DNA of 64,000 nt from an uncultured Clostridia bacterium (lineage in GTDB: Bacteria > Bacillota > Clostridia > Oscillospirales > Acutalibacteraceae), in the NCBI GenBank assembly GCA_947585745.1, contig CANPXF010000010.1, forward strand, positions 4,479 through 68,478. Direction: 5' to 3'. Position 1 is the stretch's first letter. The number at the start of each line of letters is the position of its first letter. A program made the translations under genes and the position numbers. A model generated the notes under the pieces. That model did not search any database. It saw nothing but the letters and a program-made list of their open reading frames with translations, and had not been told where the DNA came from. Positions 36,812 through 46,524 of the stretch are shown here, in pieces.

Positions 36812-37108
36812 ATGGAAATTAAAGTTATTGGCGGAGAGTTATCCAAGAAAGAAATTGACGCTTACGTTATGCAGATTAAGGAGGCTAATCCCGATAAGGA
36901 GTTTAAATCCTTTGAGTTTACTGTAGACGGAGAATATGTTGATGTTAATTACACATATGATATGGTTCCCTTTGAGAGAATCAGAAGAATTACAGGCTAC
37001 CTTGTCGGAACGCTTGACCGTTTTAATAACGCAAAACGCGCTGAGGTTGAGGACAGAGTAAAACACGGACTTAACGCTTGCTCTTGCTCCCTTGAGGAAA
37101 TCGCATAA
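36812..37108 (+). CDS. Stand-alone NrdD C-terminal (glycyl radical) domain protein, 98 aa
   Basis: FERIRRITGYLVGTLDRFNNAKRAEVEDRVKHG aligns with the extreme C-terminus of E. coli NrdD (..RRVCGYLG....FNAGKQEEVKRRVKH), including the radical Gly in R-x-x-G-Y. The N-terminal 50 aa are unrelated to the RNR barrel. Confidence 0.75.
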   Translation: MEIKVIGGELSKKEIDAYVMQIKEANPDKEFKSFEFTVDGEYVDVNYTYDMVPFERIRRITGYLVGTLDRFNNAKRAEVEDRVKHGLNACSCSLEEIA

Positions 37109-37128
37109 TATTGCACAGTTTAAAATTT

Positions 37129-37156
37129 GGCTGTACCCAAAGGTACAGCCTTTTTT
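37129..37156 (+). terminator. Intrinsic terminator
   Basis: ggctgtacc-caaa-ggtacagcc followed by tttttt. Confidence 0.7.
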
Positions 37157-37360
37157 CTTTGTGAAAATTAGTTGTAATTATTTCAATAAAAATCATTTCT
37201 GAATTATTACAGTAATGTATGAGCAGAGCAGAGGGAATACTAAAAATCGAATTTGGTTTATTTATTGATTTTCAGTAAAATTTACAATGTCGTAATTTTT
37301 CGTTTTACGTCGAATTTTGTGATATACTTAAAATATATTATTGTTAGGAGGAATCCAAAG

Positions 37361-38998
37361 GTGAAAATATGCAAAAAATGCGGAACAGAAAACAATCCCG
37401 ATGAAATATTTTGCACTAATTGCGGAGAAAATCTTATGAGAAAAGAATATTTCGTTGATGACTCTGAAATAAGCTCTAATGAAAATTCCGCTGTTGAACC
37501 CGAAAAAATTGAAGATAATCATAATTTCGTAATTGAAGATAAAAATGAGGTTAAGAAAAAGAAGAGCAAAAAACCTTTAATTATCACATTGATTTGTGTA
37601 GGGGCGGTATTAGTTATCGCGTCTTTGGTTATGGGTTACTTCTCTTGTATCTGGATACCTGACAGACCGACTCAAGACCAAGTTATCTCAGCGCTTAATT
37701 CGGATTCGTCGGTTTCTCATTTAAAGGTCGGAAAAAACGAGTACGATTTTAAGGTGACTAAGGCTGATATATTCGGAGAATATTTTGACAAATCAAAATA
37801 TGAGTGTAATATTAATATTGTACGTGAATCCGAAATATACGGTGTGGCGTCAAGGGAATACGAGGTTACTTTTGTTCGTTCCGGTACGACGTTCAGCTAT
37901 TCACAGGCGACAGCAAAAGATAATAATATTGAATTTTACGCTATAAAGGGTGTTGAACCTGAAATAGCGGAGAAAAAGGTTCATAAGTTTTATAAAGACG
38001 CCAAATTTAAGGAGCAGGTTACAGATACCGAAAAAGGCGTTGACCGTCTGTATTTTACAGTAGAAAATGATGAATACGACGGAGTTGTGGTAGTCCGCTA
38101 CGACTTTTCAAAAAAGAACGGCTGGGAATACAAGAAATTCAGCGATAAACAGCTCAACTTCAAACAGGGTGTAACTCATAAGGAAAACGGTCTTTTAACT
38201 AACTCAAATGTAAAGAATATTCTATTCCTCGGAGTTGACAGCGATTCCGGAGCAGGACGTTCCGATTGTATGATGCTTGTTTCGGTTGACGCAAACACGG
38301 GTAAAATTAAACAGACTTCGTTTGCACGTGATAACTGGTTTGAAATTCCCGGTTACGGAACAAACAAGCTCAATTCAGCTTACGCTTTCGGCGGACCGAA
38401 GCTAACAATGAAAACTATAGGAAATACATTCGGCATTAAAATTGATAACTATGTTTCCGTAAGCTTTCAGACTTTTAAGGACGTTATAAATAATCTTGGC
38501 GGAGCAGATGTTGAAATTACGGCTGATGAGGCGGGATATATTAACTGGCAACTGCAAAAGAACGGACAAGCGTCATCAATAGGTTTAGTAAACTCATCGG
38601 GCGGAGTAACGCATTTGAACGGTCAACAGGCGCTCTGGCTTTGTCGGGACAGAGGCGGAAACGGATACAGCGGAAACGACTTTACCCGCACGGGCCGTCA
38701 GAGAAGAGTAATACGCAGTTTGGTAAAAACATATAAAAACTACACTCCCGAAAAGGTTCTCTCAACAATTAATATTCTTAAAAAAAGCGTTAAAACCGAT
38801 TTGACAAAGGAAGATTTTAAATGGTACGCGCAACATTCGCCCAAATTCTTCGGCTTTAAGTTTAAGGAGCGTTGTGTTCCCGAGGACGGCGAGTGGCAGT
38901 CGGGTTATTCCTCAGGCGGAGCGTGGATAATTCAGCTTAATGATTTTAATAAGCTTAAATCCGATGTTCAGCACTTTATATATGAGGATATAGATTAA
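37361..38998 (+). CDS. LytR-CpsA-Psr (LCP) family protein with N-terminal zinc ribbon
   Basis: VKICKKCGTENNPDEIFCTNCGENL, one TM, then the LCP core NILFLGVDSD..GRSDCMMLVSVD...FARDNW..IPGYG.NKLNSAY.FGG. GTG at 37361 is behind AGGAGG; the upstream part of the track ORF is rejected. Confidence 0.85.
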   Translation: MKICKKCGTENNPDEIFCTNCGENLMRKEYFVDDSEISSNENSAVEPEKIEDNHNFVIEDKNEVKKKKSKKPLIITLICVGAVLVIASLVMGYFSCIWIPDRPTQDQVISALNSDSSVSHLKVGKNEYDFKVTKADIFGEYFDKSKYECNINIVRESEIYGVASREYEVTFVRSGTTFSYSQATAKDNNIEFYAIKGVEPEIAEKKVHKFYKDAKFKEQVTDTEKGVDRLYFTVENDEYDGVVVVRYDFSKKNGWEYKKFSDKQLNFKQGVTHKENGLLTNSNVKNILFLGVDSDSGAGRSDCMMLVSVDANTGKIKQTSFARDNWFEIPGYGTNKLNSAYAFGGPKLTMKTIGNTFGIKIDNYVSVSFQTFKDVINNLGGADVEITADEAGYINWQLQKNGQASSIGLVNSSGGVTHLNGQQALWLCRDRGGNGYSGNDFTRTGRQRRVIRSLVKTYKNYTPEKVLSTINILKKSVKTDLTKEDFKWYAQHSPKFFGFKFKERCVPEDGEWQSGYSSGGAWIIQLNDFNKLKSDVQHFIYEDID

Positions 38999-39016
38999 CA
39001 GTCAGGTTGTAATAAT

Positions 39017-39050
39017 TAAGGTCGGGCAACAAGAATAAGCCCGACCTTAA
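39017..39050. terminator. Bidirectional terminator
   Basis: ttaaggtcgggc-aacaagaata-gcccgaccttaa, a perfect 12-bp stem. Confidence 0.7.
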
Positions 39051-39078
39051 ATTTATTTATGCTGTTATTGGTATAGGA

Positions 39079-40740
39079 TTATTTCCTAAGCAATAATCCG
39101 TTTTCTAAATCTTCCTTGGCTTGCGCCTTAACCTTAAAGTGCTGTTTTTTACCCGTGGCAGTCCTCGGAAAATCATCAACTAAGCGGAAATATCTCGGAA
39201 TTTGATATTTTGAAAGATTAGGAGAGTTTTTGCAAAATTCTAAAATTTCGGATACCGTAACGCTTTCATCCTCAGGTATAACGTAGGCAACAACCGCTTC
39301 ACCGCGCGTTTTATCGGGAACAGATGTAACGATACATTCCTTGACTTTGTCAAAAATATTAATAGCCTCCTCAATACGGGTAGGATAAATATTTTCTCCC
39401 TTGCTTATTATCATATCGTCCTTACGTCCCGCAACTGTTATGAACTGATTTTCGTCCCACGTACCGATGTCCCCTGTGTACATCCAGCCCTTATAGAACT
39501 TTTCCTTGGTTACCTTTTCGTTGTTAACGTAGCAGTAGGTTGTTTTCGCGGGGGATTTTATAATAATCTCTCCGTCCGTTTTGCCGTCTGTAGGAACTAA
39601 TTCGTCGGGTTCTCCTTTTTTATCATCATAGATTTTTACAATTCTGACTTCATCGTCAGTACAGCTTTTTCCCGCGCTTCCCGACATTTCGGGTAAATCC
39701 TGCGGTCTTAAAAATGTATTCCAAAAAGACTCTGTCGTACCGTAACCGTTAAAAATATTCGGAGTGAGTATATTCTGAAAACGTATGCACTCCTGCTTTT
39801 CGAGCGGACTTCCCATAGTTACAATACCTTTAAGCGAGCTAATATTCTTGGGGTGCTTTTCCTGTCGTGTAGCCAAAAGTCCGAGTACTGACGGAACGCC
39901 GATTAAAAATGTTATCGAATATTTTTCTACATAATCGAGGGTTGTTTTGGGGTGGAAATCTCTCATAATTATAATTTCCGCTCCGGCATAGAGGCTCGGA
40001 GTCAGTCCGCCCGAGTGGATACCTCCTCTGTGGAACCACGGCGTCATATTCATAGTTTTGTCATACGGAGAAAGCGGAAAGTGCATCATAACATCGTGCG
40101 CCGATAGAACCTCGTTTATGTTATTAAGCGGAACTCCCTTCGGAGTACCTGTAGTACCCGAGGTCTGCAGACGTAAAACCTCATCATAAATGTGGGGATT
40201 AAAGTCAATCGGGGGATTGGATTCACTTTGATTTTCAACATAGTCCTCATATTTAATGTGTCCGTCGGGAGCGCTCTCGTATTTTCCGATGCAGTCAGCC
40301 ATAATAACTATCTTAGGCTTGTGAGTTGCGATTTCAAGAGCCTTGACAGCCGTTTCAACAATCGAACTGTCGTAAACATATACGGCAGGCTTGTTGTGGT
40401 CAATAATTTCAGCTGTTTCGCCCGGGGAAAGATTAAAATTCGCAGGGTTAGAGATAGCGCCGATTTTTTGAGGGCTTATATATGAAAAAACAAAATACTC
40501 TGAATTATAAAGCTGATGAAAAACAATATCGTTCTTTTTAATACCGTCTTTTTTCATAGCGTTTGCGAATTTATTACACTCGGCGTTTAATTCGCTGTAA
40601 GTCCATCTTTTTCCGCTTGGCGGGTCAAACAACGCAGGCTTGTCAGAAAATCTCATTACGTTTCTTAAAAAGCCGTTGAGCCACGTGTATTCGGATTCAA
40701 ATGTTTCCTTAAACATTGTTATGTCGTATGTAAAGTCCAT
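39079..40740 (-). CDS. AMP-dependent synthetase/ligase (acyl-CoA or acyl-AMP ligase)
   Basis: TSGTTGTPKG (A3 motif), YGTTE, GDIGTWDENQFITVAGRKDD, PRTATGK. Confidence 0.85.
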   Translation of the reverse strand: MDFTYDITMFKETFESEYTWLNGFLRNVMRFSDKPALFDPPSGKRWTYSELNAECNKFANAMKKDGIKKNDIVFHQLYNSEYFVFSYISPQKIGAISNPANFNLSPGETAEIIDHNKPAVYVYDSSIVETAVKALEIATHKPKIVIMADCIGKYESAPDGHIKYEDYVENQSESNPPIDFNPHIYDEVLRLQTSGTTGTPKGVPLNNINEVLSAHDVMMHFPLSPYDKTMNMTPWFHRGGIHSGGLTPSLYAGAEIIIMRDFHPKTTLDYVEKYSITFLIGVPSVLGLLATRQEKHPKNISSLKGIVTMGSPLEKQECIRFQNILTPNIFNGYGTTESFWNTFLRPQDLPEMSGSAGKSCTDDEVRIVKIYDDKKGEPDELVPTDGKTDGEIIIKSPAKTTYCYVNNEKVTKEKFYKGWMYTGDIGTWDENQFITVAGRKDDMIISKGENIYPTRIEEAINIFDKVKECIVTSVPDKTRGEAVVAYVIPEDESVTVSEILEFCKNSPNLSKYQIPRYFRLVDDFPRTATGKKQHFKVKAQAKEDLENGLLLRK

Positions 40741-40785
40741 AGTTACTCCTTTTTGTTTCCGTTATGAGTGAAACATAATTAAAAT

Positions 40786-42009
40786 TTATCCTTCGTATTT
40801 TCCTACAATAACGCTGGAGTTTTGTCCGCCGAATCCAAAGGCGTTTGACATAGCGTATTTAATATCGGCTTTTCTCGCCTTATTTGCGATAAAGTCAATG
40901 TTGCAGTCGGGGATAGGGTTATCTAAATTTATTGTGGGAGGTAAAATTCCCGTTTCAATTGCTTTAATACAGGATATTACCTCGGTAATACCGCCCGCGC
41001 CCATCATATGGCCCGTCGCTCCCTTGGTGGAACTTACGAGAGGTGTATTCTCGCCGAAAACCTCCATAACCGCGTGTGTTTCAACCTCATCTCCCTTTGG
41101 CGTAGAGGTTCCGTGAGCGTTAATATATCCAATGTCCTCGGGCTTTAATCCGGCTTCCCTTAAAGCCTGTTTCATACAGGCGATTGCGCCCTTTCCTTCG
41201 GGGTGCGGAGCTGTAACGTGATATGCGTCGCAGGTGTTTCCGCAGGCTAAAAGCTCACCGTAAATTTTAGCGCCTCTCGCTTTAGCGTGTTCCTCTGTTT
41301 CAAGAACTATCGCTCCGCCGCCTTCGCCTATAACGAAGCCGTCTCTTGCTTCGTCAAAAGGACGTGAAGCCTCTTTCGGATTTTCGTTGTTCCGTGATAA
41401 CGCCTTAGCGTTTGCAAGGCTGTAGATAAATATGGGGCAGTGCGCCGATTCGGCGCCGACGGCTAACATAACGTCAGCTTTTCCCGCGTTTATAAGCATA
41501 GCCGCCTGATAAATAGCGTCACCGCCCGATGAGCAGGCTGTTGAAACCGTAAAGCTCGGACCCTGAATATTATGAGAGATAGCTATGTTTGCCGCCGCGA
41601 TATTTCCGAGAATTTTAGGTATAAAGCGCGGACCTACCTTTTTGTGAGACGCGCCTGTCAGGGCCTCCTGCGTAAACGCGATAGTAGAAATACCGCTCAT
41701 AGCCGTACCCATAACTATTCCCGTTCTTTCGGGTTCAATCTCAAGCTTTGATTGGTTAAGAGCCTCTTCAGCCGCAATGTAAGCGTATTGCATAAATGCG
41801 TCGGTTTTTCTTACAACGTCTTTAGGAAGATAATCGGCAGGATTGAAGTTTTTAATCTCTCCCGCAATCTGAACGGCAAGCTCGCTTGTATCGAAGCTCT
41901 TGATTTTATCAATACCCGATTTTCCCTCAATAAGACTGTTAAAATAGTTTTCCGTGCCGATTCCGACAGGGGTAACGGCTCCCATACCTGTAATAACTAT
42001 CTTTCCCAT
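40786..42009 (-). CDS. fabF: Beta-ketoacyl-ACP synthase II-like condensing enzyme
   Basis: VSTACSSGG active-site Cys, INAHGTSTPKGD and GHMMGAGG His motifs, FGFGGQNSS tail. Confidence 0.85.
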   Translation of the reverse strand: MGKIVITGMGAVTPVGIGTENYFNSLIEGKSGIDKIKSFDTSELAVQIAGEIKNFNPADYLPKDVVRKTDAFMQYAYIAAEEALNQSKLEIEPERTGIVMGTAMSGISTIAFTQEALTGASHKKVGPRFIPKILGNIAAANIAISHNIQGPSFTVSTACSSGGDAIYQAAMLINAGKADVMLAVGAESAHCPIFIYSLANAKALSRNNENPKEASRPFDEARDGFVIGEGGGAIVLETEEHAKARGAKIYGELLACGNTCDAYHVTAPHPEGKGAIACMKQALREAGLKPEDIGYINAHGTSTPKGDEVETHAVMEVFGENTPLVSSTKGATGHMMGAGGITEVISCIKAIETGILPPTINLDNPIPDCNIDFIANKARKADIKYAMSNAFGFGGQNSSVIVGKYEG

Positions 42010-42175
42010 AATTTACCTCCGAAAACCTATTATTTGAAAATTGCATATTCTTATGCTATAATCGAATTATATCAAATTATTTCCAATATTTCAACGCTTT
42101 ATTAATGCAAATAAGCTCTCGATATTTCTTGATAAATTCATTTCCTGCATACTAAAATATATAGGAGGTATATAA

Positions 42176-43084
42176 ATGGACAATATTCAGCTAAAATGCT
42201 TTATCTCCGTAGCGAGAACGCTTAGTTTTTCGGAGGCGGCGCGTCGTAATTATGTAAGCCAGTCTACCGTAAGCCGTTATATCAGAGATTTGGAAAAGGA
42301 ATTCGGCGTTAAACTTTTTGAGCGCACACGCCGCGAGGTATCCTTAACAAATGAAGGAAAGCTGATTTTACCTTATGCCCAGGAGGTAATAGACACTCTC
42401 AATAAGGCGACCTCAGTGGTAAGCCAGCTCAATAACGGCAGGGGCGGGAGGCTTAGACTTGCTTATGACTCTACCTCTATAGATTATCCGATGAAATGCC
42501 TTAAAGCGTTTAGCGGTAAGTATCCTGATATTGCCGTGGAAATGATAAAGCTTTCGGGAAGCGAAAGCGCGTCCGCCGTAAATTCCGCCGAATTTGATTT
42601 TTTCTTTATGCCAAGGGATATGTTACCCGATAACGATAATATTGAATCGGTGGTAACTCATAAAGACGCGCTCAATCTGTTAGTACCCAAAGGCTTTAAA
42701 AAAAGCGGTAAATCATTAGACGGTATCAACCTTAAAAATCAAAAATTCGTTCTTCTCTCCGAGGCGGAAAGTCCCATTCTTTATATGGAAATTATGGATA
42801 TTTTCCGAACGTTTCATTTTTCGCCCGATTCAATTGTCGGGTATGACAGTGTAAGCTCCGTGTTTATGGCCGTAGCGGCAGGAATGGGTGTTTCTGTATT
42901 ACCGAAAAGCGTTATTGAAAATTGCGCCCGTCCTGATGTTAAAGCGCTTGACTTTAACGGAATTGAGGCGGATTTAACATATGTGCTTGCCTGGAGAAAG
43001 AATAACTCAAATCCTGCGGCTCATTTGTTTTTAAACACAGTTAACCGTGGAGGCTTTGTAGATGATGAAGAATATGTGCTTTAG
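42176..43084 (+). CDS. LysR family transcriptional regulator
   Basis: LKCFISVARTLSFSEAARRNYVSQSTVSRYIRDLEKEFGVKLFERTRR. Divergent from the KAS/ligase pair. A TTATTAATGCAAATAA dyad lies in the intergenic region at 42099-42114. Confidence 0.9.
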   Translation: MDNIQLKCFISVARTLSFSEAARRNYVSQSTVSRYIRDLEKEFGVKLFERTRREVSLTNEGKLILPYAQEVIDTLNKATSVVSQLNNGRGGRLRLAYDSTSIDYPMKCLKAFSGKYPDIAVEMIKLSGSESASAVNSAEFDFFFMPRDMLPDNDNIESVVTHKDALNLLVPKGFKKSGKSLDGINLKNQKFVLLSEAESPILYMEIMDIFRTFHFSPDSIVGYDSVSSVFMAVAAGMGVSVLPKSVIENCARPDVKALDFNGIEADLTYVLAWRKNNSNPAAHLFLNTVNRGGFVDDEEYVL

Positions 43085-43509
43085 GTTTGCGCTAAAGCTT
43101 TAAGCTTTAAATGCTCCTTTTTAAAATCCTTTCTGAATGAAAGGTAGGGGATATATTCTTCTTTGCCGTTTTCCTTTGCGAAAAAGTGGGAGCTTTCACC
43201 CGTATAGCAAAGACTTTCGTCATTCTCGTTATAAATTTTATAGGAGAACGTCATTTTAATCCCTTTGTAGCTTTTTAAAACTACTTCAACCCTGAACGGG
43301 TCGTCAAATCTTAGATATTTTAAGAAATTCTCGCTTGCGCTTGTCGCGGGGATTATACAGCCTCTCTTTTCCATTTCACGGTAATTCATAATATTTTCGT
43401 TACACCACTGAAGACGAGCCTCCTCAATAATTTTCAGATAGTTTGAGTGGTGAACTACTCCCATTCGGTCGGTTTCGTAATATCTGACACGACGTCTGTA
43501 GGCAAACAT
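43081..43509 (-). CDS. Acyl-CoA thioesterase, 4HBT/YbgC hotdog family
   Basis: RRVRYYETDRMGVVHHSNYLKIIEEAR is the typical catalytic Asp region. Confidence 0.8.
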   Translation of the reverse strand: MFAYRRRVRYYETDRMGVVHHSNYLKIIEEARLQWCNENIMNYREMEKRGCIIPATSASENFLKYLRFDDPFRVEVVLKSYKGIKMTFSYKIYNENDESLCYTGESSHFFAKENGKEEYIPYLSFRKDFKKEHLKLKALAQT

Positions 43510-43610
43510 AATTTCACCTCCGAAATGTTGTTGTCTGCTAATGTATTTATTATAAGTTTTTAGCTTTATTTTTACAATATTTCTGTCAATGCAAAAGCAA
43601 GTAAAAACAA

Positions 43611-43641
43611 ATAAGCTTATGCAATTTTTGCATAAGCTTAT
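43611..43641 (-). terminator. Terminator after mnmA
   Basis: ataagcttatgca / tgcataagcttat, a perfect 13-bp stem; the reverse strand is followed by tttgttttt. Confidence 0.5.
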
Positions 43642-43680
43642 TTTATAGTATTTTGTAATGGGGATTTTTAAAATAAAATT

Positions 43681-44754
43681 TTATTCTGTTATTGTTCCTC
43701 CGCCGACAACAATATCGCCGTCATACATTACGACCGCCTGCCCTTTGCAAATAGCTCTCTGCGGTTCATCAAAAACAATATGGATTTTGTCCTTTGAGAT
43801 TTGTGTAACCGTTGCATTCTGCTCTTTTTGGTTATATCTGACCTTGGCTTTTATTCTCATAGGTTCTGTTATTTCATCGCAGGTTATCAGATTCAGCTCA
43901 TCGGCATAAAGCTCGTTTGAAAACAACTCGTCATTACTTCCGAGTACGACCTTATTTTCTTCTAAATTTTTTTCACATACATACATCGGAGCGGGAAGCG
44001 AAAGTCCCAAACCCTTTCTCTGCCCTATAGTATAGCGGATAATTCCCTGATGCTCGCCTAAAATATTTCCGTTTTTGTCGACAAAATTGCCTTTTTCGTA
44101 TTTTTTGCCTGTATAATTTTCTATAAATTCAGCGTATTTTCCATCGGGAACAAAGCAAATATCCTGGCTGTCGTGTTTATGCGCGTTTATGAAACCGTTT
44201 TTCTCCGCGATTTTTCTGACCTCTGATTTTGTCATATTTCCCAGCGGAAACAGAGTGTGCGCCAACTGTTCCTGCGTCAGCGAATACAATACGTAGCTCT
44301 GGTCCTTGGTGTCGTCAACAGCCTTTTTAAGTATAAAACGCTCTCTTTTTTCATCGTACTCTATCCTTGCGTAATGTCCTGTTACAACATAATCCATTTC
44401 AAGCTCTTTCATTCTTTGCATAAGACGGTCGAATTTAATAAATCTGTTGCAGTCAATGCAAGGATTAGGCGTTGAGCCGTTTTCATAAGCTTTAATAAAA
44501 CGGGAGATAACCTTTTCATTAAAGCTGTCGCGAAAATTAAAAACATAGTAGGGAATACCGAGCTTGTTGCAAACCGCCCTCGCGTCCTCAATATCGTCGA
44601 GCGAACAGCAGGTATTCGATTTTTTTATTCCAATATCCTCGTTGTCGTATAACTTCATAGTTATACCTGCCGATTTGTATCCGGCCTCTTTAATTAAAAG
44701 AGAGGCGACCGAACTGTCCACGCCGCCACTCATAGCTACTAATGTTTTTTTCAT
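43681..44754 (-). CDS. mnmA: tRNA 2-thiouridine(34) synthase
   Basis: VAMSGGVDSSVA PP-loop, NPCIDCN, DQSYVLY. Confidence 0.95.
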   Translation of the reverse strand: MKKTLVAMSGGVDSSVASLLIKEAGYKSAGITMKLYDNEDIGIKKSNTCCSLDDIEDARAVCNKLGIPYYVFNFRDSFNEKVISRFIKAYENGSTPNPCIDCNRFIKFDRLMQRMKELEMDYVVTGHYARIEYDEKRERFILKKAVDDTKDQSYVLYSLTQEQLAHTLFPLGNMTKSEVRKIAEKNGFINAHKHDSQDICFVPDGKYAEFIENYTGKKYEKGNFVDKNGNILGEHQGIIRYTIGQRKGLGLSLPAPMYVCEKNLEENKVVLGSNDELFSNELYADELNLITCDEITEPMRIKAKVRYNQKEQNATVTQISKDKIHIVFDEPQRAICKGQAVVMYDGDIVVGGGTITE

Positions 44755-44755
44755 T

Positions 44756-45670
44756 TTATCCCAGTCTTATCATTTCATCAATACATTTTTTAGCGCCTTT
44801 TATAGTTTTATCGTCAAGTAAAATCTCCTCGCCCGAGGTACCCTTGACGCAGTTGTAAAGGTCAACAAGCGTTGTTGATTTCATATTAGGGCAAATCAGC
44901 TTTAATGTAAGGTAGTGGAATTTTTTATCGGGGCACATATACTGCAAATGCTCTGCGATACTGATTTCCGTACCGATAATAAATTCTTTCTTGTCAGATT
45001 TTACGGCGTAATTCATAATACCCGAGGTCGAGCCGACATAATCGGCAAGCGCTACAACGTCAGGCGTACATTCGGGATGAACGAGAACTTCAGCGTTTGG
45101 GTAAAGCTTTTTGGCTTTCAGCACGTCGTCAGTATTAACGCAGGCGTGAATAGGGCAACCGCCCGAGAGAAGCTTAAAATTTTTCTCGGGTATCTGCTTT
45201 GCGACATAATCTCCGAGGTTGCAGTCGGGGATAAAAAGTATATTATCGTTATCAATTTTTCTGCAAATATCAACAGCTGACGAAGAAGTAACGCAAACAT
45301 CGCATATGGTTTTTAAATCTGCAGTTGTATTTATGTATGCAACTACCGTATAGTCGGGGTACATTTTTTTAATTTGAGAGATGAGTTGCTTGTCCATCTG
45401 CTCAGCCATTGAACATCCCGCATGGGGATTGGGAAGAAAAACACGCTTTTGCGGAGAAAGAATTTTGCAGGTTTCAGCCATAAACCGAACTCCGCTCATA
45501 ATAATGTTCTTGTTGGGGGCTTTGCCCGCGTCCACAGAAAGCTTGTATGAATCGCCCGTAAAGTCAGCCACCTCAAGAATTTCTCTTGCCTGATAGCTGT
45601 GCGCAAGTATGCAAATATCCTTCTCTTTTTTAAGTCTGATAATTTCATTTTGAATTTCTGAAATTGTCAT
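44756..45670 (-). CDS. nadA: Quinolinate synthase
   Basis: ILAHSYQ...VADFTGDS...GVRFMAET...CSMA..., three-domain NadA pattern; 304 aa. Confidence 0.9.
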   Translation of the reverse strand: MTISEIQNEIIRLKKEKDICILAHSYQAREILEVADFTGDSYKLSVDAGKAPNKNIIMSGVRFMAETCKILSPQKRVFLPNPHAGCSMAEQMDKQLISQIKKMYPDYTVVAYINTTADLKTICDVCVTSSSAVDICRKIDNDNILFIPDCNLGDYVAKQIPEKNFKLLSGGCPIHACVNTDDVLKAKKLYPNAEVLVHPECTPDVVALADYVGSTSGIMNYAVKSDKKEFIIGTEISIAEHLQYMCPDKKFHYLTLKLICPNMKSTTLVDLYNCVKGTSGEEILLDDKTIKGAKKCIDEMIRLG

Positions 45671-45860
45671 AAACTCACCCCGAATCCTAAATATATTTTA
45701 TTATACAGTTAATTGATAGGTTTTTCAAGAGTTTTAAATATTTTATAAATTTTAACTGTTTTTACTATTTACTTTTTAAATTTTATATGTTATAATTCAT
45801 TTGTATTTATATAATTATGTATAATTTTGATAAAATATATGATTAGTGGAGGAATGTTTT

Positions 45861-46352
45861 ATGAAAAGGACTATATCTGTATTAGTTGCGGCGCTTATTT
45901 TAGTTTTTTCTGCTATGCCTGTTTTTGCGGCTCCAAGCCCTTCGGCAAGCAAAGAGTACAATGTAAGGGTACATAATCCTAACGGAGGCTCATCTACTTA
46001 TACAACAAAAACCGATAAAGACGGCGAGCACGTTACTTTAACCGCGCATCCTAAAAACGGATATAAGTTTTATAAGTGGATAATTAAAGGTAAATATGTT
46101 ATTGAAAAGGGAAGCTTAAAGAGCGATGTGCTTACACTTTTACTTAAAAGCGATATAGATGTTTATCCCGTGTTTAAGAAAATCGGTTCAAAAAGTACAT
46201 CTACAGGCTCGGGAACAAGTATCAGTCAGAATACTTCCCCGACTTCACCGCAAACGGGCGACAATACAATTTATTTTGTATCAGCTCTTTTAGCTGTAAT
46301 AGTTGTTGCGTTCGGAGCAGTCGGAGTTAAACTCGCTGTGTCCAAGAAGTGA
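45861..46352 (+). CDS. Sortase-anchored surface protein (SPQTG sorting signal)
   Basis: Signal peptide ...SAMPVFAAP. C-terminal SPQTGD, a hydrophobic helix and KK tail. ATG at 45861 is behind GGAGG. Confidence 0.7.
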   Translation: MKRTISVLVAALILVFSAMPVFAAPSPSASKEYNVRVHNPNGGSSTYTTKTDKDGEHVTLTAHPKNGYKFYKWIIKGKYVIEKGSLKSDVLTLLLKSDIDVYPVFKKIGSKSTSTGSGTSISQNTSPTSPQTGDNTIYFVSALLAVIVVAFGAVGVKLAVSKK

Positions 46353-46374
46353 TTAATTTAAAATTCTGATAATT

Positions 46375-46409
46375 ACGCTGTTTTAAGCAAGTCTTAAAAC
46401 AGCGTTTTT
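46375..46409 (+). terminator. Hairpin after the surface protein gene
   Basis: acgctgttttaag-caagt-cttaaaacagcgt followed by ttttt. Confidence 0.5.
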
Positions 46410-46524
46410 GTATCTTCCTTTTATTAAATAAAATTTTTTAAAATTCTATGTTATTTTATCTGTTGACACCTTACTGTAATAATATTATAATATATAAGTA
46501 TTAATATGCTTAGGAAAAGAAAAT

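Noticed and set aside
37253-37360. Upstream extension of the LCP ORF (MVYLLIFSKIYNVVIF...)
   Set aside because: The AT-rich extension reads like promoter DNA. A strong AGGAGG precedes the GTG at 37361, which starts exactly at the zinc-ribbon.
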